A DNA stretch of 56,976 bases, counting the filler, from Jimgerdemannia flammicorona (Eukaryota): the NCBI GenBank assembly GCA_003990765.1. It is 3 parts of 3 records of this genome, joined end to end, with 100 filler letters (N's around TTAATTAATTAA, not from the genome) between each part and the next. Parts side by side here need not be neighbours in the genome. Positions count along the whole stretch, not along the records: positions 19,030 to 37,953 come from RBNJ01002072.1; positions 38,054 to 56,976 come from RBNJ01002073.1; 1 more part is not named here. One strand, given 5' to 3'. The notes below the pieces were generated by a model, which saw only the letters and a list, made by a program, of their open reading frames with translations, was not told the origin of the DNA and did no database searches. Shown piece by piece: positions 26,364 to 38,824 of this stretch. Made by a program: the position numbers and the translations under genes. The first letter of the stretch is position 1. The number at the start of each line of letters is the position of its first letter.

Positions 26364-26721
26364 GTTATACTGAATTATGCCAGCATCCTTTTCCTGTATA
26401 ACAGCTGTTCCTCTACTGGTATTCTGACCTTGTGTGACTCAGAATTATTCCAGCACCATTTTTCTATATCACCAAAATTATACCAGCATTCTGAACCTGT
26501 ACAACCATCTATACTGACACTGGAACTATGTACCAGTATTTTTATTTGGTTATTGGTATTTATATTTAGCCTTATATCTTAGTAACTATTGAATTATATT
26601 TTGTATAAATACTCTTCTTATTTCTTTTGAAATAAAGTCAGTTCTGGTTCACTTATACACAATTCCTTGCAAGCAATCTAAAAAGATAACAAGATAGTTT
26701 AAAGATAAGAAGTTTGAGGAC

Positions 26722-26842
26722 TATAAGATCTTGAGAAGATACTCTAATAAGAACTTGCTTATAACAAACTTGAGTTAGTCTAAGAGATACACCTTGAAGA
26801 GAATCTGATGTATTTGAAGGACTCAGTGACTACTACATGACA
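26722..26842 (+). repeat. 3' LTR of element A (121 bp)
   Basis: Direct repeat of 19520-19640, preceded by a purine-rich stretch. Confidence 0.85.
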
Positions 26843-26849
26843 GTATATA

Positions 26850-28020
26850 TCACTTGTGAGAGATATATAATATATATATTCCTATTATATATGATAGATA
26901 TCTCTAAAAGAAAGAATGTGTCACTCATATCTATCATTTTAAATTCACAGTATAGGGCTTCTTTAACTCTATTAAGTCTGTTCTTGTTTTCAATAATAAT
27001 TATATTATCAACCCAAATGTTGATAAATACTATACTTCTATTATTAAGGAGATGTTTATTTATCCTTTTGTTTTATAATTATGCTGCTTGCTTAATATCA
27101 TATAGTCTCTTATACAATTTGTATATGAGCTCACTATTTTTATATTCTTGTAGTTGATGAATATATAGTTCAGTATCTATATTACTGTTCAGAAATACTA
27201 TCTTTACATCTATTTGATGGATCTCTAGATTGTATAGTGTATCAATCACAAAGAGTATTCTAAGTAAAGTAAGCTTGAATACTAGTAAAAATATCTTATC
27301 ATAGTTTATACCATAGTTCTGCAAGTAATCTTTAGCAATAAAGTGAGCTTTATATTACTCTATACTTCTATCACTCTTATACTTAATTTTATAGACCTAC
27401 TTTGATCCAATCATTTAGTAATTTGGCAGAAGAGACACTAAATCCCATATGCCATTCTGGATGAGTGAATGATATTCTTCATCTATAGCTCATTTCTATT
27501 TCTTACTATTAGAGCTGGTTACAGCCTCATTATTGGTGCTTAGCTCACTGGAAGATATTACAATATATATATATTCATATTCTTCAGCATAGCCTATATA
27601 GTCTATATATTGCTGCTATTTAGGGCTTACTTGTATGTCCTAATAACTTTCTAATTCCAAATGAATTTCTTGTAAATATTAGAGTACTTTTGCTTATTCT
27701 TCATAGAGGTAGAGAATTTCTTATTGCTAGAGGGTTCACTGTTATCTTCATCTTTAATCTCTATTATTCTGAGTTTAGATAACTCTGGCTCAGATACATA
27801 TAGTAGTTGAAAATAATTTTGATTGACTGCTGGAGAGGTTGATGATAGTTGTCCTAGTTGCTATATTTATACTAGCTGAGATATAGAAATTTTGATGGGT
27901 ATATCTATGTAAGACTTCTGATCTCTCTTGAATTCCTTAAATTATACATTATGTGAAATAACTATATACTACTTGTATAGATCCCAGAGTCAATATTCTT
28001 TACTGGAATACTCAGATATA
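26850..28020 (-). mobile_element. Heavily mutated Ty1/Copia pol relic (end of integrase to RT)
   Basis: QNYGINYDKIF..LEIHQIDVKIVFLN..IYKLYKRLYDIKQA matches Copia RT motifs (GIDY.ETF, QMDVKTAFLNG, KSLYGLKQA); EY*LWDL..IVISHNV.F near 27950. Confidence 0.85.
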
Positions 28021-28184
28021 AAAGAAGATAACAGTACAAATATAGATGTAGAATATTTCTATGAATAATGAAATAATAACTAAAGAATAGTCTGAGACAG
28101 ACTATTCTTTAATAGAGACTAATATAATAAATAAACATTATAGTATAATAGAATTATCTCTATATATATAATACTAATTTATAT

Positions 28185-28605
28185 AAATAATCAGATATAA
28201 ATACTATTTAAAATAATCTATTTTCTGAGAGTATACTATTCTCTGAGAATATACTGTTCTTCAAAGAAATAAGGAGTCACATCTTCTATAATTAGCTATT
28301 TTACAATTATCCAGATAGCAATCTATCTATATAAAATACTCTAGAGATATAAGTGAATAAAACCTCAGTCCAAAATCTGAGTAAAAAGCAAAGGATAAGT
28401 TTATCTATAATACACTTTGAGAAATATGCCTACCAATCCAAAGAAAAGAATTGCGAAATACCCACTTAAGAGTCACTGTTAAGAAGATGGTGAGTTTCAT
28501 TCTCCTAATTCAACTCTGGTCCACTTGCCAAAACCAAGCCAGAGAGATCTGCCACTTTGGTATACTTGCCAGACTAAGTCTGAAGAATTGCTGCCAAGCT
28601 CTAGG
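28185..28605 (+). repeat. Dispersed CpG-poor repeat, LTR-like, copy 1
   Basis: Aligns with 37180-37625 (shared tataaaatac, tctataatacactt, aaatacccact.aagag.cactgttaag, cagactaagtctgaaga). Confidence 0.7.
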
Positions 28606-28607
28606 AC

Positions 28608-29962
28608 GGGCACGGCGAAATCAGCGCTTCGGGAAAGAGGATACATAATCGCAATGGGAGTTGACAAATCATTATTCCTGAGGAAGAAATGAAGCCCGCA
28701 ATATTATCCGCAGATTCGCCGTGACCGGCTTCATTTTCGCCTAGTTCAGTTGCCGGAGTTGATGAGAATAAAACCGACTAATAGGTTGGGACGCCTAAAT
28801 CTCAGGCTGAAGTTCCTCAATGAACGACATGGTCGGCGCCGAAAACGGAACGGCTGTGCTCTCGAAGGAATCACGCCAACACGCCAATTTATCATAAACC
28901 TGCCACATGTACGGCGCTGCGCAAGATTTTCACGCCAACACTCTCGTAACACCGCCTCAAACACCGCTGGTGCTCACCAGCTAACACGCAGTATGGCGTC
29001 ATCAGGCACGGATCGATCACATATAAATTCCTCGGAATTCTTCCTATTGCTTGACATGGATTCTACTCGCCTCGCATACCCTGAAACATCCAAAGCCCAC
29101 CGTTTTGCTTCCTTACTCGTGCGGCCCACCCCGTTCGCCAATCTCAGTGACTCAGTTATCGACCACCTTAAGTTCCAGTTACCAGATCCGCGCCAAAACC
29201 TTCACGTTCATCCCTTCCTGCCCGGCGTACCGATTATCTCGTCGGAATGGAATTCGAGGTATGAGTTTCGCCTACACCCGTTGCAATTTGAGCTTATGCC
29301 AAAATTCCCCAACCGTCCCCACTTTTGGACTTTTTCAACATCCTAAAACCCACTAATGGTGTCTGTCTTCGCGCACCAAGGCACACTCAAAGTCCTCCCG
29401 CGCACCAGACAATCGACTGGTCCCAGACCGTGCACAAGCCCACGCTCCTCGCGCACGTCTCCGACCTTCACCGCTTTGACTACCGTAACCACGATCTTCA
29501 CCATATATATTCATTAAGACACCCCGTTATAATCGACGTCGTAATCGGCCGATCCTTCGATGACGTCAGCAATTATACGGGTGTCCGTGGCCGAATCCAG
29601 TACACGGGACACAAATTCCTGCGTCTGACATACGGGATATCGCGTCCGTTGCTGTCGCGAAGAACCCAGATCAATTTGCGTGGGAGCACGATCCCCCGAC
29701 GCACCAGCGGAGTTTGCAAGAGCGCAGTCATTCCGTTTTCGACGGGGCATTAATTTGAGTGGCTTATGCTTATCTTCAGTAATGACGTCATCAATTACGT
29801 CATCAATAATTTCCAACGCTATGACTGAACAGGGCGAAAATAAAGCCAGTCACGACGAATCTGATCAAATTATCTCGTTGGCTGTGCGAATCATTTAGTT
29901 GGTTTTATTTCTTCAAGAATAATTGCTTGTCGACTCCCATTATCACTGATTTTGCCGTATCC
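28608..29962. mobile_element. Non-autonomous DNA element with ~260-bp imperfect terminal inverted repeats (Mutator-like layout)
   Basis: 28608-28865 is the reverse complement of ~29710-29962 (acggc.aaatcag, aatgggagt.gacaa, cagattcg.cgtgac.ggctt.attttcgccct, cgaaaacggaa). No transposase motif seen. Confidence 0.75.
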
Positions 29963-30236
29963 AGACGGGCCAGGATACCAGCAATATTATTGTACGTTTT
30001 CACTGCGCTGTTCATCTACGCCATGTAGAAAAAAAATCAGAACTCTGTTCACCCCTAATTATATACCCTAAGCATATGTTATTTGTTATGCAATCAAATT
30101 ATGCAAACTAATTTAGAGCATGTATAGTAGATTTCTTATGAACCACCATAAAATACACGATTGTCACACATACTGCTTTCCATTGTCTTATCCGCAATGT
30201 TGCACAATCCATCGATATAGGTAATACCGAACCTCC

Positions 30237-30245
<9 letters not shown>

Positions 30246-30298
<53 letters not shown>
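30246..30298. repeat. Poly(T) tract preceded by poly(C)
   Basis: Direct reading. Confidence 0.9.
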
Positions 30299-30299
<1 letters not shown>

Positions 30300-31975
30300 T
30301 CATTGGTTATCTCAACTAAGTAAATGGAACAATAAATTCGAAACGTGGATTCGCCTCTCAATTTTCACTAACATGCACACTTGCCACTTTCGATCTTCCT
30401 TCGCATTCTTGCCTTCCGCATCGACAGACCAAATACGCTCAGCAAACCATCTCTGAAAAACCCGCGTTTGCTACACAACCCAATTCCCACACAACCCCGA
30501 ACGAGTATAGGCTAGGCCGACCCCGACCAACATCTTCTCGTACCTGGTGCACCAATTTTTTCTCAACAAAAGTGCCTGCCATGCAAACGTACAAAATTGA
30601 CCATGCTGATTAAGGTGTCATTTTTCTATGAAGTGTAAATGATGTGAAGATTTGTCTCGTTGTCAGCATTCCTCTCAAAGTGGTGCAATCCGAACGCTGG
30701 TGTAAGAAAGAAACGGGTACGTAGTGCACGAAACCCAATGTGTAATCCATCGTAGGCTTACTCATGCCGCGTATATTATGTGCGTCGAAACCGACAACCC
30801 TTCCCTCAAGTGGACTTTTAGGGGCCATATGGTAACTTTGCAACCATGAGTACATGCATCAAACGTCACGTGGTAGCTGATTGCTAATGCCAATTAAAAG
30901 AATACACCCATCACTGATGAGATTTCAAACCATGAGGACATTAATTGATTTCAGCCAAAGTAAGGTTAATATTTTCTTATCTCTTATGCTCGCTACTTTC
31001 CAAAACCTCATGGTCATTCCTTTTTCCCACCGCGCTGCCATCAATTAACGTATCAGCGCATCAACACGAAATTGCTCCCCTGACACGGGCTTCGTATGAA
31101 TCCATAGAATAAATATTTCGTCTCCGTTCATCGGGGTTGAAAATCGACTTAGCGCGACTGTTAACCGACGTCACATGTACACAGTAACTGTTCTGAAGTT
31201 TGTATGCATGTTGTGTAAAATCGAAAATGGACAGACTAAGTTTCCGGTTGAACATGGTATTGAATTGAGAGTATGCGGTTGTGGGAAGGTACACGCATGA
31301 TGGATGGTGTAAGTTCGTGTAAGCCGAGGCTCTGTAAGATTTTATTTTATTTTTTCCCCCTCCGACTAAAAGTACGAAACACGTGTAAAAAACGAGTTTC
31401 CAGGAAATTGTTGCAAATGATAGAGAGGGGAGTAAGGCATTTTCCTACGCCACAGGAATATGCCCACTCCCATATGCATGTCTCAACCATTGCGGTGTGA
31501 CATTCATTATTCCAATGAGACGTAGCCAATTTTTGCCATTTAGTGCTGAGCGAAGCTTACCAATCACTACCGAGCCACAATTACTTTTTAATGAGGCTGG
31601 ACATTGTCGTCGGGCAGTGTGGTGTAGAAGTTCCGATTCGGGCCTGCGTTGTAGACAGTCGCAAGGGACCGACTTGGATGAGTTGGCCATGTCGGGGGAT
31701 TCTTTCTCCAGGATACACTGTAAGTATGCCGGGTGTGTTTACTGGACTCGTCCAGGACCTCCGGGATTTAGATGGCCCGACCAACGCATTCCAAAATTGC
31801 CAGCGCTCTGCACCGTTCATGCAACCGCGGTGATATACGTCAGCAATTGAAATCAATTCCCCAAAGTAATCTTGGTACACCAGGCGATCATAATATTTGC
31901 TGGGCACCAGTGGTCGATCGTATGTTCAACTATTGGTTCATAATTTCAGGGCTGTGAGGAGGTTGATTAGGAAAT

Positions 31976-32226
31976 TAGAGCCCCGCGAACAGACCCGATC
32001 CGGAGTTTAGACCCGGTCCGTCAAACGTTCGTATCCCGACGAAATGGCGCTCGAATTTAATGATCATTAGCTCGTTCTATCCGCCTTTGCAAGGGATATA
32101 ACAAGTTGCGGGCCATCAAATTTGGACTTCATTTCATCAAGATACAATACGTTTGACAGGCCTGGTGTAAACTCGGGTCTGGATAATTTTCTCCCAGGTC
32201 GGGTCGGGTCTGTTTGCGGAGCTCTA
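31976..32226. mobile_element. hAT-like MITE (~250 bp)
   Basis: Termini TAGAGCCCCGCGAACAGACCCGA / TCGGGTCTGTTTGCGGAGCTCTA; flanks TAGGAAAT and ATGGAAAT (6/8 match, decayed 8-bp TSD); subterminal ACCCG repeats. Confidence 0.75.
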
Positions 32227-33007
32227 ATGGAAATAGACTTCATTTCACGTTGATATAATATGTCGTAAAATGTCCGAGCCTCGTTCATTGGACACGCTCT
32301 ATATCTGAATTAGGATGTAGCCGAGGACTTCCCTCTTTTGGTCAACAATTAAAAACATTGAAGCTCGATACGGTGTTCAGGTGGTTAGCTGGAAAGCATG
32401 ATGAATTAAGGCCTTCCTAATTTGGATAGAATGGACATATGTTTGTGGAACTTGAGAGGTAAACAAACAACCATTTGGATAGGGGTAGGTCTAGAGTACC
32501 AACCGATTCGGGTAAACGAGTTTATCCGCGTACTCCGCGTACTCCGCGAAGAGTACTGTCTTTTCTTTTTTCATGTGCTTGGGCGACCAAGGAATCTGCG
32601 AGTGTACCCGCGCTTCTACGAACATATTGCTCTCTAGATGTTTATCCATGCCACCCCTCTCCTCATTTCACCCTTCACTCCCTGAGAGCGACGACCACCA
32701 ATATTCCAACCACGCTGCTTCCCCACCCCTACCCCGACTTCAGGGGTTGACGTGACCAACGCTATAAACAAATGCCGATCCTAAATAAGGGTTTCCAATG
32801 CGCTTTCTAAGTGAACCCAGTTCTCCTGATCTCGTGGTTTTATTTTCTTGTTTTATCTTTACACCAAATTTTAATCGCTTGTAGCATACAGTCTACGTCA
32901 TAGGAGTTCCAACCATATATAACTTTCCCAGTCTGATTGAAACAATTTACAATCAAACTCAAATCCATCCATTGTATATCGTAGCCCAATCTTTCAGCCA
33001 ATCCGAT

Positions 33008-33541
33008 ATGGGCAACATATTCTCCCGCCGTCGTGCCTCAAAACGTCGATCCCACGCACCTCCTGAAGATGAAGTATCCCGTCTTAGCCCTACGATGGCG
33101 GTGTACGGTGTGTTCATTGTGCGCTTCGTACAAATGATCCACGACCGGGTCTTGGTGAAGAATCGAAAAAGCTGGGGCAGCTTAGTGGTGCTTGATTTAC
33201 GGTTCTCGAACTCCGAGCCGGAGAAACTAGTGGCGGCCACGGCAAAAGGCCTAGCAGACAGTAAGAATCGAAAGGAGATGTTGAAGAAACTCAAACCCGT
33301 GGAGTGCAGCGCCTGCGACCTCCTGAACTGGGCGACTTTCTGGGACTTCGTCAATGAGCGCTTTGGCGAGACCGAGGCAGAGTTCGAAAGATTCAAGTTG
33401 GAGCTTGCTACAAGGGTTAATAGAGGCCTGTTCAGTGTCGACCATATCATTACAAAGGCGAATCCCTCGGTGTACTGGGTTTCGAAAGACCCCAACATGC
33501 GGTTGATTCGCTTTCAACTCCAATTCCATGACTTAGAATAG
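33008..33541 (+). CDS. Hypothetical 177-aa protein with N-myristoylation-like start and polybasic patch
   Basis: Open frame starting MGNIFSRRRASKRR; TATATAA at ~32916; an inverted paralog conserves the same start and upstream sequence. Confidence 0.7.
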   Translation: MGNIFSRRRASKRRSHAPPEDEVSRLSPTMAVYGVFIVRFVQMIHDRVLVKNRKSWGSLVVLDLRFSNSEPEKLVAATAKGLADSKNRKEMLKKLKPVECSACDLLNWATFWDFVNERFGETEAEFERFKLELATRVNRGLFSVDHIITKANPSVYWVSKDPNMRLIRFQLQFHDLE

Positions 33542-34064
33542 ACATTTTGTATGTGGAACACATGCCGTCCGGCAGTGGAAAGTTACTGCACAAAGAGCAT
33601 CATCCCGCACCAATAGGAGAGGCTGGTGGCGGCCACGGGAAAAGGCCCAGCGGACAGTAAGAATTGAAAGGAGATGTTGAAGAAACTCAAACCCGTGGAG
33701 TGCAGCGCCTGGAATCGCCTTTCACTAATAATAGCATTCCAACATACTTATTGCAAATCTATGCAACTACAGAGCGGCGAATCTATAAACCACACTATGT
33801 GACATATTTTCTGTTGCAATGCCAAAAGTTGACTAGATACATATATATAAGTAGTAGGCTATAACCTTAATCAAACTACCATTTGCCCTGTGAGACTATA
33901 AGAAACTCTGCTGCATTTTTTTTTTTATTGAACACTAGGTTTTGGTTTATATAGTTTTCATATTTCTTGGAGGAAAGGTTTATTATGCCAGAACTTATAT
34001 TTTGAAGCTGAAGTTGATGCTTCTCAATTTATTGCAAATGGATTAAAAATCCTGAAGGGGAAGC

Positions 34065-34274
34065 TCCGCCACCAGCCTCTCCGGCTTCGAGTTCGAGAAA
34101 CCTGCCCCGACGTTTTTGTTTCTTCAGCTGGACATTGTCGTGGATTATCTGGATAAAGCGCACAATGAAAACACTGTACACCTCCATTATAGGGTGAATG
34201 CGGGATACCTTATCTTCAGGGGGTTCGCAGGATCGACGTTTTGAGGCACGACTGCGAGATAATGTGTTGCCCAT
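34065..34274 (-). pseudogene. Truncated inverted paralog of 33008-33541 (5' part); its continuation lies on + at 33616-33712
   Basis: MGNTLSRSRASKRRSCEPPEDKVSRIHPIMEVYSVFIVRFIQIIHD aligns without gaps to the intact gene; 33616-33712 matches 33220-33315. Confidence 0.85.
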
Positions 34275-34770
34275 GTTGGATTGGCTGGACGGACAGGGTT
34301 AAGTGTAAAATGATGGATTCAAGTTGTTTCAGACTAGACTGGAAGGGTTTATATAGTTGGACATTTTTAGTCTGTGAACCCTTGCTGTATGAATGATCCT
34401 CTAGATTCAAAACTATGAATAGGGTAACCTTTAATTGCGGGGTAACATCCCTGGGTGACGTGGTGACTGTTTAGCCCCTCCAGTTTTTCGCTTGGCTCGC
34501 CCACAAAATTAATTAAGCACACCTCAAATCTCTCCGCTCAAAACTGTCACTCAGTTACAAGCCAAAATATTGGCTTTTTGTCTGCCACAGATGTGTGCTC
34601 AGCTGCCCTCTGCAATAAGAGAACAGACTCGTTTATTAGACATCAATTAATTAAGGATCTGGATGAAGGAGCTGCAATGGAAATCTCTACCCCTGGGTTC
34701 TCCGTTTTTTCAAATTGAGCTTCTCAACAAACTCGAACCTTGTGTTGCCAAGAGTAAAGCCCTGAGCGGT

Positions 34771-35263
34771 TCATTTCGGGTCCTGTTTGGTTTCTCTGAA
34801 CTGGAAATTGCGGGTTGGGGCCAAGGTTTTGAGTTGGAGCTGATGGATGGCGTGTTCGCAATTTAGGGCGAAGGCCGGGATTAGATTCCGCTTCTCCGAC
34901 TTGGGTCTTACCCCAATTTGGCACGCGACCCTCTGATAGAGATCCGGATTTAGGCACCTGGGCTTATGTTTCAAATGTGCAGGAGTGTTTGAACGGAATT
35001 GGGAGGAAAGAATTTTTTTGGTGCTGATCAGCTGTCTTGGCTGCACGGCCTTTTCCAAATAGTTGTTCCATTCCCAGGATGCGCAAACCTCATCTTGCCA
35101 TGCGAGCTGTTAATTTTTCCAAGTGTATTGTGGTCTGTTAGCGAAGCCCTAGGTCACGGGCACAGCCATCTCGTGCTGAGGGTGGGGATCCGTTTCCATT
35201 CACCACGCGGCTCTTCCTTACCTCTGTAGAACTTGAAATAGCCTTTCCCGTTGCGCTTCCCAT
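34771..35263 (-). CDS. Possible two-exon hypothetical gene (125 aa)
   Basis: Exon 35263-35222 (MGSATGKAISSSTE), intron GTAAGG..GCTAAC..AACAG, exon 35106-34771 in frame. No recognisable domain. Confidence 0.2.
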
Positions 35264-36142
35264 GGTGCCACCTGGCTTCTGATTCGTGCCATTTTATATG
35301 TATGAGAATTAATAAGCAAAATAAAATTCTAATAGCATTGATGTGGTTATGTAGGAATGGATGTATGAATTACTGTTGATTGAAGGTTGTGTGGCAGAAG
35401 ATGCGAAAGAGCAAATATGCCCAGGGTATTCATCATACAAGCCAAAAAGAGGCAAAAAGAAAATTTATCACCAATACCTATTTTTTCATCTATTCTGTAA
35501 CACTGGATTATATATGTGTTCCACTTCAGGTGAATAGAGAAGGCGATGATAGTATGGTATTAGAAAAATGAAGGGCAGAACCCGATATATTCTAGAGCTT
35601 GGAAATTTGCCTCTGGCAATCAATCGCGATGGTGCTTACAAATGATACAAGACCTGACTCGACATCATTTCTCCAAGAGCTACAAAGAAGATCAAGCCAG
35701 TTTTCTAAGTCTTAAGGAAATCTAGAGCTTGACTGGCAGTCCATATGGAAAGACGATTGTGACTATATGGAAGGTCTCGGTCATCGCGTCAATGAAAGAG
35801 TTCACTGGTATTCCTTAATTGTTGGCGTTCCTTTACCCTGGCGATATCCCTTTTGGATATTTCTAGTGGCATTCGCACACGATTCTTTCACTGGACACGG
35901 CAACCATCCCTTCGACGTCGTAACATTCTTGCGTGATTTTTTCTTTTGTACGGCAAGACCAAATGAGACGGAATTGAAGAGTGCAGCCCAGCCAAAGTTA
36001 CGCTGACAATCCATCGGCTTGTCCAGAAAGTGATACTTAAATTACCAGAAAAGCCGAAATGGTGCTAACGAATCATCTCCGCGCTTAAGTCAAGACATCG
36101 CCGTCCACTTTTTAAATCAATGATAGACGTTTCCGAAGGCTT

Positions 36143-36530
36143 ATGGCGACCTGGGTACCGCAGGTTTGGCTATTTCAACCCCCCAACTACATGCGCATCT
36201 GTGGCGAGATGCATTTGACACATCTTCACTATGCTGTTCAAAATAACAATTTTGAAAACATACTAAAGCGCTTGAAAAATCGCAAGCCGTATGCCAACAT
36301 GATGGATAAAGATGACCAGAAGTCATTACATCTGGTTGCGGGGAAGGGATATACCGAAATGCCAAAGTTACTGCTGGAAGACGGTGGCTCTGTTTCGGAA
36401 GTTTCAGGTCAGGATCTCGGCATCCTTGGCCTTGGTGAAGGTTCTTTATTCCCGTGGGGTCAGTCCTCAAACACCAGTGGTAATGTTGAGGAAGGCGGGG
36501 ATAAAGGTGGACTGTCAAAACCTGAGGAAA
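36143..36530 (+). pseudogene. Ankyrin-repeat gene remnant
   Basis: HLHYAVQNNN..NMMDKDDQKSLHLVAGKGYTEMPKLLLEDGGSV fits the ankyrin consensus; the frame then degrades. Confidence 0.7.
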
Positions 36531-37102
36531 TCGACTCTACCCTCAGTGATTGAGAATTGGCGACAATTGCTGTTGTCCTAGTTTTCACATCGGCGTGAAG
36601 CTCTCCCGCGAACAGTTCCACGAGCTCGGCACACTTGGAAACGTCCTCTATCCCTGCTATTCAGTGATACTTTCGGCATTGGCCTCGTTGCTCTTCTGTT
36701 CCTTTTTGGGGGGGGTGCACCATCCATGTGGTACGGGGGAATCGGCCCTTCTCCTTCAGTGGTCCTCTTGATATTGACTTCGAACGCATCATTCACGTTG
36801 TACGGGAGAATTTGGTCGCCCATGGTGACACTATGAGCATCGACCTCCACTTGCTTTTAAGCTCTTCCAATTCGAACATGCTGCCAATGACGTAGGGTTA
36901 ATCTGGACTTTGATTTCAGTCGTACTTACGGCAGCGACTTTTTTTGTTCCCCTGGTCAAGCTCTGACTCTCTGCCGATTGCATATGGGCCAGTTGGCTCC
37001 TCTCCCAGCTTCCGCCACCAACTCACCCGCGTTGTATCCCAGAAATAGCCCTGGTCACGGGAGCGGTCGTACTCAACGTAGTGTGATGAATGAACATTAT
37101 AG

Positions 37103-37625
37103 TGTAGCCAGATGACGTACAAAGGAATACCCAACATAGTTACCCACATAGTTACCCACATGTGCCACCAATTTGTATAAATAATCCGACATACCAAATC
37201 AGGACATACTGTTCCCTGAGGGAATGCTGTCCCTTGAGGGTACATCTCCAGTGGAACACTGTTTTCCTAAAGGAACAAGAGATCACACCTTCTATAACTA
37301 GCCTTGCTGCATATTCTATAATTAACCAGATAGCAACCACATCTGTATAAAATACCTCAGAGATTTGAGTGGATAAACCTCAGTCTGAATTTCAAAAGAC
37401 AAGTCTATCTATAATACACTTCAAGAGATATATATACCTACCAAGAGCCACTTGATCCAAAGAAAAAATTGCAATACTTAGGAGAAATACCCACTCAAGA
37501 GCCACTGTTAAGGAGATTATGAGCTTCTTTCTGATTTTACTTCAGTTCTAAAACTAAGTTAGAAACATCCACCACTTTTAATATATTTGTCAGACTAAGT
37601 CTGAAGATTTCTACTAAGTTTTAAG
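37103..37625 (+). repeat. Dispersed CpG-poor repeat, LTR-like, copy 2
   Basis: Similar to 28185-28605; composition switches at TGTAG (37103), a plausible LTR start. Confidence 0.65.
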
Positions 37626-37953
37626 GAGAGAACTTCTTCATTTGAGATAGTTCTGAAGATATATCTGAGATAAACTATTGAATATTTTATTACTTTTTGA
37701 CAAAGTAACTAGAGGCTTAAGCTAATTTACATAGCTATCTCATCTTATAATTTACTTCTATTGAGCTGACAGATTATATTTGAAGACTCAACTGAGAAGA
37801 TTTTTAAAATCTATATAACTTTTTAACTCATAGAACTTAATAGATATACTAGATATATATATTTGATATAACACTAATCTCTATTATTAAAATAGAATGA
37901 ATTCTCACTATCTAGATAGAAAGAGATATTATTACCTCTTTTTTTTTTTTTTT

Positions 37954-38053
37954 NNNNNNNNNNNNNNNNNNNNNNNNNNNNNNNNNNNNNNNNNNNNTTA
38001 ATTAATTAANNNNNNNNNNNNNNNNNNNNNNNNNNNNNNNNNNNNNNNNNNNN
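37954..38053. other. Artificial contig linker
   Basis: N44-TTAATTAATTAA-N44. Confidence 0.97.
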
Positions 38054-38824
38054 AGTAGCCACATTCTTCACTGGAACAGCAGCTGAATTCTGGCGAACCT
38101 TGGAACAACACCCAGTAACCTGGGAAGCCCACCCTCAAGTCAATGGACAAGTACCTGGCAACAATAGACCAGGATAGGATGACTATGAAGCAGGCCCAGG
38201 ACTCAAGGCCTTACTACTGACCAAATTCCAAAATGCAGCTTACATATAAGAAACATGGAATAAACTATCCCAGATGAAGTTCCACAAGAATGGCAAAGAG
38301 GATCTAGAGACCTTTGCCACCAGAATGGATGGCTATCTCAAAACTGTTAGACTTACCTATCAGGAAAACAATTTGGCCATCAATGGTACCAGAGCTAACC
38401 ATCTCTTTACAGCCCTACCAGACTGGCTTACCCAGAAGATTAAGGAACAAGGTCTCTCCCAAGGATGTCCCCACTACTCATGGTGCTTTGCCCAAGTACA
38501 AAGAAGAGCCTGTGAAATCCTTGCTGCATAAGCTCCACGAAACCAAGAACACAAGAAGGATAACCAAGATAGGAGAAACCCCACCAGGAAATGATCAAAG
38601 ATATGATCAACAGAATGATCAAAGGAACCAGCGAAACTCCAGGGGATCCAGACCTCCTACTGAGGATGAAAAGAGGCAGCTCCATGAAAAGGGACTATTC
38701 TTCATCTGTAAGAAGGCAGGACACATCTCATTCAGATGCCCTGAGAAGAAGAATAGAGCAGGTAAACCTGGTAACCAGAACATTACTGTTATTGGAGAAG
38801 GCCCAGGAAAAAAGAACCCCAAGA

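Larger units (their letters stand above)
19520..26842 (+). mobile_element. Decayed Ty3/Gypsy LTR retrotransposon, element A (gag-PR-CysHis-dUTPase-RT-RH, IN, 3' accessory ORF; no chromodomain)
   Basis: 121-bp direct repeats at both ends; zinc knuckle remnant (YFRCGE..GHYAKSC, ~20520); protease AIIDTSAG (~21180); RT PRLCIDYRKLN and FVYIDNVIIFS; RNase H FILQTDASTIGLGAVL; integrase ITMDIIGSLP, WEGPF, VHRNRLKKY. RT-RH-IN order is Ty3/Gypsy. Confidence 0.93.

Noticed and set aside
32959..33498. 179-aa minus ORF
   Set aside because: Antisense to the better-supported plus gene, whose start is conserved in a paralog.
36578..37100. Minus-strand exon-like segments with a GTAAGT..GCAG intron
   Set aside because: No consistent open frame or recognisable domain.
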